From Azolla caroliniana (Eukaryota; Plantae; Polypodiophyta), in contig JBHGNT010000150.1 of assembly GCA_043228905.1 (NCBI GenBank), positions 705 to 64,704 on the forward strand: a stretch of 64,000 bases of DNA, in the 5' to 3' direction. Made by a program: the position numbers and the translations under genes. The notes under the pieces were generated by a model. That model had not been told where the DNA came from, ran no database searches, and was given only the letters and a program-made list of their open reading frames with translations. Positions 54,670-64,000 of the stretch are shown here, in pieces (the first letter of the stretch is position 1; each line of letters starts with the position of its first letter).

Positions 54670-56920
54670 ACGAAGCTAACATCGCTAGCTATGATATGAA
54701 ATTAAAAAGTCAAGATTTTGAAACTCAGGTCGAGAGACATGACGAAATTAGCAAATTTGAGGAGTGAGTTGAGAAGAGCCCTTGAGTAAATGAAACTGTT
54801 CATACCTGGCTCGTGTGATATCGGAGTTTTGTGTTCAAACATGCGAAAGGAAGCTAACATCGCTAGCTATGATATGAAATTAAAAGATCAAGATTTTGAA
54901 ACTCAGGTCGAGAGACATGAAGAAATTAGCAAATTAGAGGAGGGAGTGGAGAAGAGCCCGTTCGGAAATGAAAATGTTCCTACCTAGCTCGTGTGATATC
55001 TGCTTTTTGTGTTCAAACATGCGAATCGAAGCAAACAAAGCTAGCTATGATATAGAATAAAAAAATCAAGATTTTGAAACTCAGGTCGAGAGACATGACG
55101 AAATTACCAAATTTGAGGAGGGAGTGGAGAAGAGGCCGTGAGTAAATTAAAATGTTCATACCTGGCTCGTGTGATATCGGATTTTTGTGTTCAAACATGC
55201 GAAACGAAGCTAACAACGGTAGCTATGATATGAAATTAAAAGATCAAGATTTTGAAACTCAGGTCGAGAGACATGACGAAATTACCAAATTTGAGTAGTG
55301 AGTTGAGAGGAGCCCTTCAGTAAATGAAAATGTTCATACCTGGCTCGTGTGATATCGGATTTTTGTGTTCAAACATGCGAAACGAAGCTAACAACGCTAG
55401 CTATGATATGGAATTAAAAAACTCAAGATTTTGAAACTCAGGTCGAGAGACATGACGAAATTAGCAAATTGGAGGAGTGAGTTGAGAAGAGCTAGTACGT
55501 AAATGAAAATGTTCATACCTGGCTCGTGTGATATCGGATTTTTGTGTTCAAACATGCGAAACAAAGCTAACAACGCTAGCTATGATATGAAATTAAAAGA
55601 TCAAGATTTTGAAACTCAGGTCGAGAGACATGACGAAATTACCAAATTTGAGTAGTGAGTTGAGAGGAGCCCTTGAGTAAATGAAAATGTTCATACCTGG
55701 CTCGTGTGATATCAGATTTTTGTGTTCAAACATGCAATTCGAAGCTAACATCGCTAGCTATGATATGAAATTAAAAAGTCAAGATTTTGAAACTCAGGTC
55801 GAGAGACATGACGAAATTAGCAAATTTGAGGAGTGAGTTGAGAAGAGCCCTTGAGTAAATGAAACTGTTCATACCTGGCTCGTGTGATATCGGAGTTTTG
55901 TGTTCAAACATGCGAAAGGAAGCTAACATCGCTAGCTATGATATGAAATTAAAAGATCAAGATTTTGAAACTCAGGTCGAGAGACATGAAGAAATTAGCA
56001 AATTAGAGGAGGGAGTGGAGAAGAGCCCGTTCGGAAATGAAAATGTTCCTACCTAGCTCGTGTGATATCTGCTTTTTGTGTTCAAACATGCGAATCGAAG
56101 CAAACAAAGCTAGCTATGATATAGAATAAAAAAATCAAGATTTTGAAACTCAGGTCGAGAGACATGACGAAATTACCAAATTTGAGGAGGGAGTGGAGAA
56201 GAGGCCGTGAGTAAATTAAAATGTTCATACCTGGCTCGTGTGATATCGGATTTTTGTGTTCAAACATGCGAAACGAAGCAAACAACGGTAGCTATGATAT
56301 GAAATTAAAAGATCAAGATTTTGAAACTCAGGTCGAGAGACATGACGAAATTACCAAATTTGAGTAGTGAGTTGAGAGGAGCCCTTCAGTAAATGAAAAT
56401 GTTCATACCTGGCTCGTGTGATATCGGATTTTTGTGTTCAAACATGCGAAACGAAGCTAACAACGCTAGCTATGATATGGAATTAAAAAACTCAAGATTT
56501 TGAAACTCAGGTCGAAAGACATGACGAAATTAGCAAATTGGAGGAGTGAGTTGAGAAGAGCTAGTACGTAAATGAAAATGTTCATACCTGGCTCGTGTGA
56601 TATCGGATTTTTGTGTTCAAACATGCGAAACAAAGCTAACAACGCTAGCTATGATATGAAATTAAAAGATCAAGATTTTGAAACTCAGGTCGAGAGACAT
56701 GACGAAATTACCAAATTTGAGTAGTGAGTTGAGAGGAGCCCTTGAGTAAATGAAAATGTTCATACCTGGCTCGTGTGATATCAGATTTTTGTGTTCAAAC
56801 ATGCAATTCGAAGCTAACATCGCTAGCTATGATATGAAATTAAAAAGTCAAGATTTTGAAACTCAGGTCGAGAGACATGACGAAATTAGCAAATTTGAGG
56901 AGTGAGTTGAGAAGAGCTAG
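54670..56920. repeat. Tandem duplication of a 6-monomer block (1069 bp x2)
   Basis: Identical ORF-track hits at 54790/55859 and near-identical hits at 55013/56082. The AAAAAACTC and GTACGT markers repeat at a 1069 offset. Confidence 0.88.
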
Positions 56921-58890
56921 TAGGTAAATGAAAATGTTCATACCTGGCTCATGTGATATCGGATTTTTGTGTTCAAACATGCGAATCGAAGCTAACAACG
57001 CTAGCTATGATATGGAATTAAAAAATCAAGATTTTGAAACTCAGGTCGAGACACATGACGAAATTACCAAATTTGAGGAGTGAGTTGAGGGGAGCCCTTG
57101 AGTAAATGAAAATGTTCATACCTGGCTCGTCTGATATCGGATTTTTGTGTTCAAACATGCGAATCGAAGCTAACAACGCTAGCTATGAGATAGAATTAAA
57201 AAATGAAGATTTTCAAACTCAGGTCGAGAGACATGACGAAATTACCAAATTTGAGGAGTGAGTTGAGAAGAGCTAGTAGGTAAATGAAAATGTTTATACC
57301 TGGCTCATGTGATATCGGATTTTTGTGTTCAAACATGCGAATCGAAGCTAACAACGCTAGCTATGATATGGAATTAAAAAATCAAGATTTTGAAACTCAG
57401 GTCGAGACACATGACGAAATTACCAAATTTGAGGAGTGAGTTGAGGGGAGCCCTTGAGTAAATGAAAATGTTCATACCTGGCTCGTGTGATATCGGATTT
57501 TTGTGTTCAAACATGCGAATCGAAGCTAACAACGCTAGCTATGAGATAGAATTAAAAAATGAAGATTTTCAAACTCAGGTCGAGAGACATGACGAAATTA
57601 CCAAATTTGAGGAGTGAGTTGAGAAGAGCTAGTAGGTAAATTAAAATGTTCATACCTGGCTCGTGTAATATCGGATTTTTGTGTTCAAACATGCGAATCG
57701 AAGCTAACAACGCTAGCGATGACATGGAATTAAAAAAATCAAGATTTTGAATCTCAGGTCGAGAGACGTGACGAAATTACCAAATTTGAGTAGTGAGGTG
57801 AGAGGAGCCCTTGAGTAAATGAAAATGTTCATATCTGGCTCGTGTGATACCGAAGCTAACAACGCTAGCTATGATATGGAATTAAAAAATCAAGATTTTG
57901 AAACTCAGGTTGAGAGACATGACGAAATTACCAAATTTGAGGAGTGAGTTGAGAAGAGCTAGTAGGTAAATGAAAATGTTCATACCTGGCTCATGTGATA
58001 TCGGATTTTTGTGTTCAAACATGCGAATCGAAGCTAACAACGCTAGCTATGATATGGAATTAAAAAATCAAGATTTTGAAACTCAGGTCGAGACACATGA
58101 CGAAATTACCAAATTTGAGGAGTGAGTTGAGGGGAGCCCTTGAGTAAATGAAAATGTTCATACCTGGCTCGTCTGATATCGGATTTTTGTGTTCAAACAT
58201 GCGAATCGAAGCTAACAACGCTAGCTATGAGATAGAATTAAAAAATGAAGATTTTCAAACTCAGGTCGAGAGACATGACGAAATTACCAAATTTGAGGAG
58301 TGAGTTGAGAAGAGCTAGTAGGTAAATGAAAATGTTTATACCTGGCTCATGTGATATCGGATTTTTGTGTTCAAACATGCGAATCGAAGCTAACAACGCT
58401 AGCTATGATATGGAATTAAAAAATCAAGATTTTGAAACTCAGGTCGAGACACATGACGAAATTACCAAATTTGAGGAGTGAGTTGAGGGGAGCCCTTGAG
58501 TAAATGAAAATGTTCATACCTGGCTCGTGTGATATCGGATTTTTGTGTTCAAACATGCGAATCGAAGCTAACAACGCTAGCTATGAGATAGAATTAAAAA
58601 ATGAAGATTTTCAAACTCAGGTCGAGAGACATGACGAAATTACCAAATTTGAGGAGTGAGTTGAGAAGAGCTAGTAGGTAAATTAAAATGTTCATACCTG
58701 GCTCGTGTAATATCGGATTTTTGTGTTCAAACATGCGAATCGAAGCTAACAACGCTAGCGATGACATGGAATTAAAAAAATCAAGATTTTGAATCTCAGG
58801 TCGAGAGACGTGACGAAATTACCAAATTTGAGTAGTGAGGTGAGAGGAGCCCTTGAGTAAATGAAAATGTTCATATCTGGCTCGTGTGAT
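56890..58890. repeat. Out-of-register tandem duplication (period 1042 bp) built on a 356-bp dimer
   Basis: TCGTGTAATA 57661/58703 and ATATCTGG 57831/58873. The dimer marker AAATGAAGATTTTCAAAC is at 57201, 57557, 58243 and 58599. Confidence 0.87.
57841..57860. other. Junction with 27 bp lost (truncated 151-bp monomer)
   Basis: The sequence reads CGTGTGATA|CCGAAGCTAAC, with TCGGATTTTTGTGTTCAAACATGCGAA missing relative to intact monomers. Confidence 0.95.
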
Positions 58891-60469
58891 ATCGGATTTT
58901 TGTGTTCAAACATGGGAATCGAAGCTAACAACGCTAGCTCTGAGATAGAATTAAAAAATCAAGATTTTGAAACTCAGGTCGAGAGACATGACGAAATTAC
59001 CAAATTTGAGGAGGGAGTGGAGAAGAGGCCGTGAGTAAATGAAACTGTTCATACCTGGCTCGTGTGATATCGGATTTTTGTGTTCAAACATGCGAACCGA
59101 AGCTAACTACGCTAGCTATGATATGGAATTAAAAAATCAAGATTTTGAAACTCGGGTTGAGAGACATGACGAAATTACCAAATTTGAGGAGTGAGTTGAG
59201 AAGAGCTAGTAGGTAAATGAAAATGTTCATACCTGGCTCGTGTGATATCGGATTTTTGTGTTCAAACATGCGAATCGAAGCTAACAACGCTAGCTATGAT
59301 ATGGAATTAAAAAATCAAGATTTTGAAACTTAGGTCGAGAGACATGACGAAATTACCAAATTTGAGTAGTGAGTTGAGAAGAGCCCTTGAGTAAATGAAA
59401 CTGTTCATACCTGGCTCGTGTGATATCGGATTTTTGTGTTCAAACATGCGAAACGAAGCTAACAACGCTAGCTATGATATGAAATTAAAAGATCAAGATT
59501 TTGAAACTCAGGTCGAGAGACATGAAGAAATTAGCAAATTAGAGGAGGGAGTGGAGAAGAGCCCGTTCGGAAATGAAAATGTTCCTACCTAGCTCGTGTG
59601 ATATCTGCTTTTTGTGTTCAAACATGCGAATCGAAGCAAACAAAGCTAGCTATGATATAGAATAAAAAAATCAAGATTTTGAAACTCAGGTCGAGAGATA
59701 TGATGAAATTAGCAAATTTGAGGAGGGAGTGGAGAAGAGGCCGTGAGTAAATGAAACTGTTCATACCTGGCTCGTGTGATATCGGATTTTTGTGTTCAAA
59801 CATGCGAACCGAAGCTAACAACGCTAGCTATGATATGGAATTAAAAAATCAAGATTTTGAAACTCAAGTTGAGAGACATGACGAAATTACCAAATTTGAG
59901 GAGTGAGTTGAGAAGAGCTAGTAGGTAAATGAAAATGTTCATACCTGGCTCATGTGATATCGGATTTTTGTGTTCAAACATGCGAATCGAAGCTAACAAC
60001 GCTAGCTATGATATGGAATTAAAAAATCAAGATTTTGAAACTCAGGTCGAGACACATGACGAAATTACCAAATTTGAGGAGTGAGTTGAGGGGAGCCCTT
60101 GAGTAAATGAAAATGTTCATACCTGGCTCGTGTGATATCGGATTTTTGTGTTCAAACATGCGAATCGAAGCTAACATCGCTAGCTATGAGATAGAATTAA
60201 AAAATCAAGATTTTGAATCTCAGGTTGAGAGACATGACCAAATTAGGAAATTTGAGTAGTGAGTTGAGGGGAGCCCTTGAGTAAATGAAAATGTTCATAC
60301 CTGGCTCGTGTGATATCGGATTTTTGTGTTCAAACATGCGATTCGAAGCTAACAACGCTAGCTATGATATGGAACTAAAAAAACAAGATTTTGAAACTCA
60401 GGTCGAGAGACATGACGAAATTACCAAATTTGAGGAGTGAGTTGAGAAAAGCTAGTAGGTAAATTAAAA

Positions 60470-61200
60470 TGTTCATACCTGGCTCGTGTGATATCGGATT
60501 TTTGTGTTCAAACATGCGAACCGAAGCTAACAACGCTAGCTATGATATGGAATTAAAAAATCAAGATTTTGAAACTCAAGTTGAGAGACATGACGAAATT
60601 ACCAAATTTGAGGAGTGAGTTGAGAAGAGCTAGTAGGTAAATGAAAATGTTCATACCTGGCTCATGTGATATCGGATTTTTGTGTTCAAACATGCGATTC
60701 GAAGCTAACAACGCTAGCTATGATATGGAATTAAAAAATCAGGATTTTGAAACTCAAGTTGAGAGACATGACGAAATTACCAAATTTGAGGAGTGAGTTG
60801 AGAAGAGCTAGTAGGTAAATGAAAATGTTCATACCTGGCTCATGTGATATCGGATTTTTGTGTTCAAACATGCGATTCGAAGCTAACAACGCTAGCTATG
60901 ATATGGAATTAAAAAATCAAGATTTTGAAACTCAAGTTGAGAGACATGACGAAATTACCAAATTTGAGGAGTGAGTTGAGAAGAGCTAGTAGGTAAATGA
61001 AAATGTTCATACCTGGCTCATGTGATATCGGATTTTTGTGTTCAAACATGCGATTCGAAGCTAACAACGCTAGCTATGATATGGAATTAAAAAATCAAGA
61101 TTTTGAAACTCAAGTTGAGAGACATGACGAAATTACCAAATTTGAGGAGTGAGTTGAGAAGAGCTAGTAGGTAAATGAAAATGTTCATACCTGGCTCATG
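60470..61200. repeat. Run of four near-identical monomers (single-monomer expansion)
   Basis: ACTCAAGTTGAG followed by CTCATGTG occurs in four consecutive monomers (~60575, 60753, 60931, 61109). Confidence 0.85.
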
Positions 61201-61420
61201 TGATATCGGATTTTTGTGTTCAAACATGCGATTCGAAGCTAACAACGCTAGCTATGATATGGAATTAAAAAATCAGGATTTTGAATCTCAGGTCGACAGA
61301 CATGACGAAATTACCAAATTTGAGTAGTGAGTTGAGAGGAGCCCTTGAGTAAATGAAAATGTTCATACCTGGCTCGTGTGATATCGGATTTTTGTGTTCA
61401 AACATGCGAATCGAAGCTAA

Positions 61421-61446
61421 CAGGTATGAACATTTTCCATATCATA
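61421..61446 (-). other. Inverted templated insertion at a rearrangement junction (79-bp truncated unit)
   Basis: 61421-61437 CAGGTATGAACATTTTC is the reverse complement of satellite GAAAATGTTCATACCTG. 61435-61446 TTCCATATCATA is the reverse complement of satellite TATGATATGGAA. Forward satellite resumes at 61442 (TCATACCTGG). Confidence 0.95.
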
Positions 61447-61639
61447 CCTGGCTCGTGTGATATCGGATTTTTGTGTTCAAACATGCGAACCGAAGCTAAC
61501 AACGCTAGCTATGATATGGAATTAAAAAATCAAGATTTTGAAACTCAAGTTGAGAGACATGACGAAATTACCAAATTTGAGGAGTGAGTTGAGAAGAGCT
61601 AGTAGGTAAATGAAAATGTTCATACCTGGCTCATGTGAT

Positions 61640-63790
61640 ATCGGATTTTTGTGTTCAAACATGCGATTCGAAGCTAACAACGCTAGCTATGATATGGAAT
61701 TAAAAAATCAGGATTTTGAATCTCAGGTCGACAGACATGACGAAATTACCAAATTTGAGTAGTGAGTTGAGAGGAGCCCTTGAGTAAATGAAAATGTTCA
61801 TACCTGGCTCGTGTGATATCGGATTTTTGTGTTCAAACATGCGAATCGAAGCTAACATCGCTAGCTATGAGATAGAATTAAAAAATCAAGATTTTGAATC
61901 TCAGGTTGAGAGACATGACCAAATTAGGAAATTTGAGTAGTGAGTTGAGGGGAGCCCTTGAGTAAATGAAAATGTTCATACCTGGCTCGTGTGATATCGG
62001 ATTTTTGTGTTCAAACATGCGATTCGAAGCTAACAACGCTAGCTATGATATGGAACTAAAAAAACAAGATTTTGAAACTCAGGTCGAGAGACATGACGAA
62101 ATTAGCAAATTTGAGGAGTGAGTTGAGAAAAGCTAGTAGGTAAATTAAAATGTTAATACCTGGCTCGTGTGATATCGGACTTTTGTGTTCAAACATGCGA
62201 AACGAAGCTAACATCGCTAGCTATGATATGAAATTAAAAAGTCAAGATTTTGAAACTCAGGTCGAGAGACATGACGAAATTAGCAAATTTGAGGAGTGAG
62301 TTGAGAAGAGCCCTTGAGTAAATGAAACTGTTCATACCTGGCTCGTGTGATATCGGAGTTTTGTGTTCAAACATGCGAAAGGAAGCTAACATCGCTAGCT
62401 ATGATATGAAATTAAAAGATCAAGATTTTGAAACTCAGGTCGAGAGACATGAAGAAATTAGCAAATTAGAGGAGGGAGTGGAGAAGAGCCCGTTCGGAAA
62501 TGAAAATGTTCCTACCTAGCTCGTGTGATATCTGCTTTTTGTGTTCAAACATGCGAATCGAAGCAAACAAAGCTAGCTATGATATAGAATAAAAAAATCA
62601 AGATTTTGAAACTCAGGTCGAGAGACATGACGAAATTACCAAATTTGAGGAGGGAGTGGAGAAGAGGCCGTGAGTAAATTAAAATGTTCATACCTGGCTC
62701 GTGTGATATCGGATTTTTGTGTTCAAACATGCGAAACGAAGCTAACAACGGTAGCTATGATATGAAATTAAAAGATCAAGATTTTGAAACTCAGGTCGAG
62801 AGACATGACGAAATTACCAAATTTGAGTAGTGAGTTGAGAGGAGCCCTTCAGTAAATGAAAATGTTCATACCTGGCTCGTGTGATATCGGATTTTTGTGT
62901 TCAAACATGCGAAACGAAGCTAACAACGCTAGCTATGATATGGAATTAAAAAACTCAAGATTTTGAAACTCAGGTCGAGAGACATGACGAAATTAGCAAA
63001 TTGGAGGAGTGAGTTGAGAAGAGCTAGTACGTAAATGAAAATGTTCATACCTGGCTCGTGTGATATCGGATTTTTGTGTTCAAACATGCGAAACAAAGCT
63101 AACAACGCTAGCTATGATATGAAATTAAAAGATCAAGATTTTGAAACTCAGGTCGAGAGACATGACGAAATTACCAAATTTGAGTAGTGAGTTGAGAGGA
63201 GCCCTTGAGTAAATGAAAATGTTCATACCTGGCTCGTGTGATATCAGATTTTTGTGTTCAAACATGCGATTCGAAGCTAACAACGCTAGCTATGATATGG
63301 AATTAAAAAATCAAGATTTTAAAACTCAGGTCGAGAGACATGACGAAATTACCAAATTTGAGGAGTGAGTTGAGAAGAGCTAGTAGGTAAATGAAAATGA
63401 TCATACCTAGCTCGTGTGATATCGGATTTTTGTGTTCAAACATGCGAAACGAAGCTAACAATGCTAGATACGATATGGAATAAAAAAAATCAAGATTTTG
63501 AAACTCAGGTCGAGAGACATGACGAAATTACCAAATTTGAGGAGTGAGTTGAGAAGAGCTAGTAGGTAAATTAAAATGTTCATACTTGGGTCGTGTGATA
63601 TCAGATTTTTGTGTTCAAACATGCGATTCGAAGCTAACAACGCTAGCTATGATATGGAATTAAAAAATCAAGATTTTGAATCACAGGTCGAGAGACATGA
63701 CGAAATTACCAAATTTGAGTAGTGAGTTGAGAGGAGCCCTTGAGTAAATGAAAATGTTCATACCTGGCTCGTGTGATATCGGATTTTTGT
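61640..63790. repeat. Dispersed copy of the ~45.74-47.89 kb block (offset 15902 bp)
   Basis: Identical ORFs at 46420/62322 and 46643/62545, and AAGATTTTAAAAC at 47411/63313. Both +1 insertions and the ATGATCATACC variant are shared. Confidence 0.88.
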
Positions 63791-64000
63791 GTTCAAACAT
63801 GCGATTCGAAGCTAACAACGCTAGCTATGATATGAAATTAAAAGATCAAGATTTTGAAACTCAGGTCGAGAGACATGACGAAATTACCAAATTTGAATAG
63901 TGAGTTGAGAGGAGCCCTTGAGTAAATGAAAATGTTCATACCTGGCTCGTGTGATATCGGATTTTTGTGTTCAAACATGCGATTCGAAGCTAACAACGCT

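Larger units (their letters stand above)
1..64000. repeat. Tandem satellite DNA array, 178-bp monomer, about 360 head-to-tail copies, running off both window ends
   Basis: TTGTGTTCAAACATGCGA recurs at 1, 179, 357, 535, 713 and onward. The register is confirmed every 30 monomers (5341, 10681, 16021, 21361, 26701, 32041, 37381, 42721). Example monomer (357-534): TTGTGTTCAAACATGCGAAACGAAGCTAACAACGCTAGCTATGATATGAAATTAAAAGATCAAGATTTTGAAACTCAGGTCGAGAGACATGACGAAATTACCAAATTTGAATAGTGAGTTGAGAGGAGCCCTTGAGTAAATGAAAATGTTCATACCTGGCTCGTGTGATATCGGATTT. I saw no unique non-satellite sequence. Confidence 0.99.
42400..64000. repeat. More divergent domain with its own variants and a ~29-31-monomer higher-order unit
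   Basis: Variants seen only here include CCTAGCTC, AGATACGATA, TTGGGTCG, GATATCAG, GTAGTTTAATG, GCTTAGAAC, GGAGGGAGTGGAGAAGAGGCCG and GAGCCCGTTCGGAAATG. Markers recur at a 5520-bp offset (43500 vs 49020). The boundary is approximate, within about 0.5 kb. Confidence 0.88.

Noticed and set aside
61421-61450. Transposon footprint or MITE terminal inverted repeat (CAGGTATGA...TCATACCTG)
   Set aside because: There is no target-site duplication, and every base is explained by forward or inverted satellite sequence.
43500-62748. All 14 ORFs in the track (65-74 aa)
   Set aside because: They lie wholly inside satellite monomers and arise where variants or a junction remove stop codons. They recur only with block duplications and resemble no protein family I recognise.
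1-64000. CRISPR array or other repeat-spacer system
   Set aside because: There are no unique spacers. The whole 178 bp repeats, variable positions are shared alleles, and no cas genes are present.
1-64000. Assignment to Arabidopsis CEN178/CEN180, Brassica CentBr or primate alpha satellite
   Set aside because: Only the length is similar. The sequence does not resemble those consensus sequences as I recall them, and the consensus has no HindIII site (AAGCTT appears only in a rare variant near 44167). A database search is needed to name the family.

Overview
The whole 64-kb window is one head-to-tail satellite DNA array of about 360 copies of a 178-bp monomer (about 36% GC, counted over bases 1-180), all in one orientation. 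I see no genes, RNA genes, CRISPR array or transposon, and every ORF in the supplied track is chance read-through of satellite monomers. The array has two domains. The left domain (1 to ~42.4 kb) is very homogeneous and is built from a 5-monomer unit (A-B-C-D-E, 890 bp) reshuffled by nested in-register block duplications of 5, 7, 10, 13, 15 and 28 monomers. The right domain (~42.4-64 kb) is more divergent, has a ~29-31-monomer higher-order unit, and holds all the indels I found. The most notable local feature is at 61421-61446, where a duplication breakpoint is filled by two short inverted, satellite-templated pieces joined by 2-, 3- and 5-nt microhomologies, a template-switching or polymerase-theta-like scar. 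A second out-of-register junction (27 bp lost) lies at ~57850. Many rare variants are CG and CHG transitions, which suggests a methylated and probably plant (peri)centromeric or subtelomeric satellite. I cannot name the family or species, and I found no new protein-coding system. All alignments were done by eye, so block boundaries are approximate.
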